Source: an uncultured Gammaproteobacteria bacterium (lineage in GTDB: Bacteria > Patescibacteriota > Microgenomatia > UBA8517). Taken from it: a DNA stretch of 64,000 nucleotides. The notes beneath the pieces were generated by a model, which saw nothing but the letters and a program-made list of their open reading frames with translations, ran no database searches and was not told the DNA's origin. The stretch is from assembly GCA_964583685.1 (NCBI GenBank), contig CAZOVJ010000002.1:277862-341861 (forward strand), given 5' to 3'. The position numbers and the translations under genes are program-made. Position 1 is the first letter of the stretch. Every line of letters starts with the position of its first letter. Of the stretch, positions 63,387-64,000 are shown piece after piece.

Positions 63387-64000
63387 AATGAGCGTATCGA
63401 ACATAATCCAGCAGGTTATCGAAATCACCAATCAGAAATTGGAAATCTCCCCAAAAAGAGACAAGTTTATTTCTATTTCTTTGTGGGATTTTAGAAATGA
63501 AAAGGGGAACACGATACCAAAAACCGATCTAAAGAAGGTTTTGAGAAAACTAGAGGAAGAGCAGTTAATTAAGTTGATCTTTACTGACCATTTAGACAGG
63601 TTGGGACGACAAGCTGGAGACAAGGTTGAATTTCAAATAAACAGAAACGCCTTCGATAAGTTTTATAGAAAAAACAGAAACCCACAACTTACCTCAAAGG
63701 TATCTCAAACAGCTAAAAATGGAGAAGTGTTCTATGAGGTTTTTTATAGTGAGATGTCCAGAGAGATTGTAGTCAACGGTTTCCAACTGGCAAAACCAGA
63801 TTTCGAGTCAGAAAATGAGCAATTCTTTGCTTATGCGTATAAAAACGCCTACAGAAGAATACCTATTAAAGAAATTGAAGAGAATTATAAGACAAAGTTC
63901 AAAAAGTCTCCACATAGAATCCTGGCTGATTTGGGTTTTACAGGTAGTTTTGCAAAAGCCTTCTTTAGTATATCGAGAAAGGGAGTTTTGTTTAGAAAGA
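63387..64000 (+). CDS. hypothetical protein (partial; continues beyond the window end)
   Basis: Open frame from ATG 63387 to the window end (>200 aa, MSVSNIIQQVIEITNQKLEISPKRDKF...). It is not in the ORF track because there is no stop within the window. AT-rich like the core genome. Confidence 0.4.

Noticed and set aside
1-64000. rRNA, RNase P RNA, tmRNA or other large ncRNA genes.
   Set aside because: No intergenic gap is large enough except 63030-63386, whose structured part is only ~125 nt. No recognisable rRNA or tmRNA signatures were seen.

Overview
This 64-kb window is low-GC, gene-dense and almost entirely coding. Genes are short and overlapping, there is no respiratory or TCA machinery, and several enzymes are of the archaeal type or split (TIM, class I FBA, transketolase). 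Together this resembles a reduced-genome bacterium such as Candidate Phyla Radiation / Patescibacteria.

Most of the window is core-like:
- a DtxR-FeoA fusion followed by feoB;
- a long glycolysis/pentose-phosphate cluster (tpiA, rpiB, pgk, gap, rpe, split tkt, class I FBA, PfkB kinase);
- two tandem class A PBPs with a beta-lactamase-like hydrolase;
- nrdR, a class II B12-dependent RNR and a PduO-type adenosyltransferase;
- three tRNAs, trpS, ftsH, a 5'-3' exonuclease, mutM, recF and an ATP-dependent DNA ligase;
- a P-type ATPase next to a CaCA exchanger, then pcm, pth, trxA and trxB, plus an unusual number of thioredoxin-fold proteins.

Accessory or unusual elements:
- a VapBC toxin-antitoxin pair wedged inside the glycolytic cluster, with a near-consensus leaderless promoter overlapping tandem 10-bp repeats;
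- a Fic protein;
- a membrane-anchored TraD/VirD4-like ATPase and a C-terminally truncated ugd, next to tRNA-Ile(UAU) and a tyrosine recombinase;
- a distinct segment at ~55.7-63.4 kb, which is the most interesting part of the window.

That segment contains a minus-strand operon (atypical kinase-like 745-aa protein, GIY-YIG nuclease, SpoU/TrmH methyltransferase). It is divergently paired, through a 9-bp inverted repeat forming two extended -10 elements, with an excisionase-type HTH gene. Immediately downstream of the HTH gene is a 954-aa single-chain fusion of an N-terminal PHP phosphoesterase and a Rad50/SbcC-like coiled-coil ABC ATPase. This is a candidate antiphage or DNA-surveillance system that I recall resembles the reported Ppl architecture. 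The segment ends with a secreted protein whose leader carries a GC-rich structured RNA with GNRA tetraloops.

No rRNA, CRISPR array or intact prophage was seen. All functional calls are from motif recognition by eye; no database searches were run.
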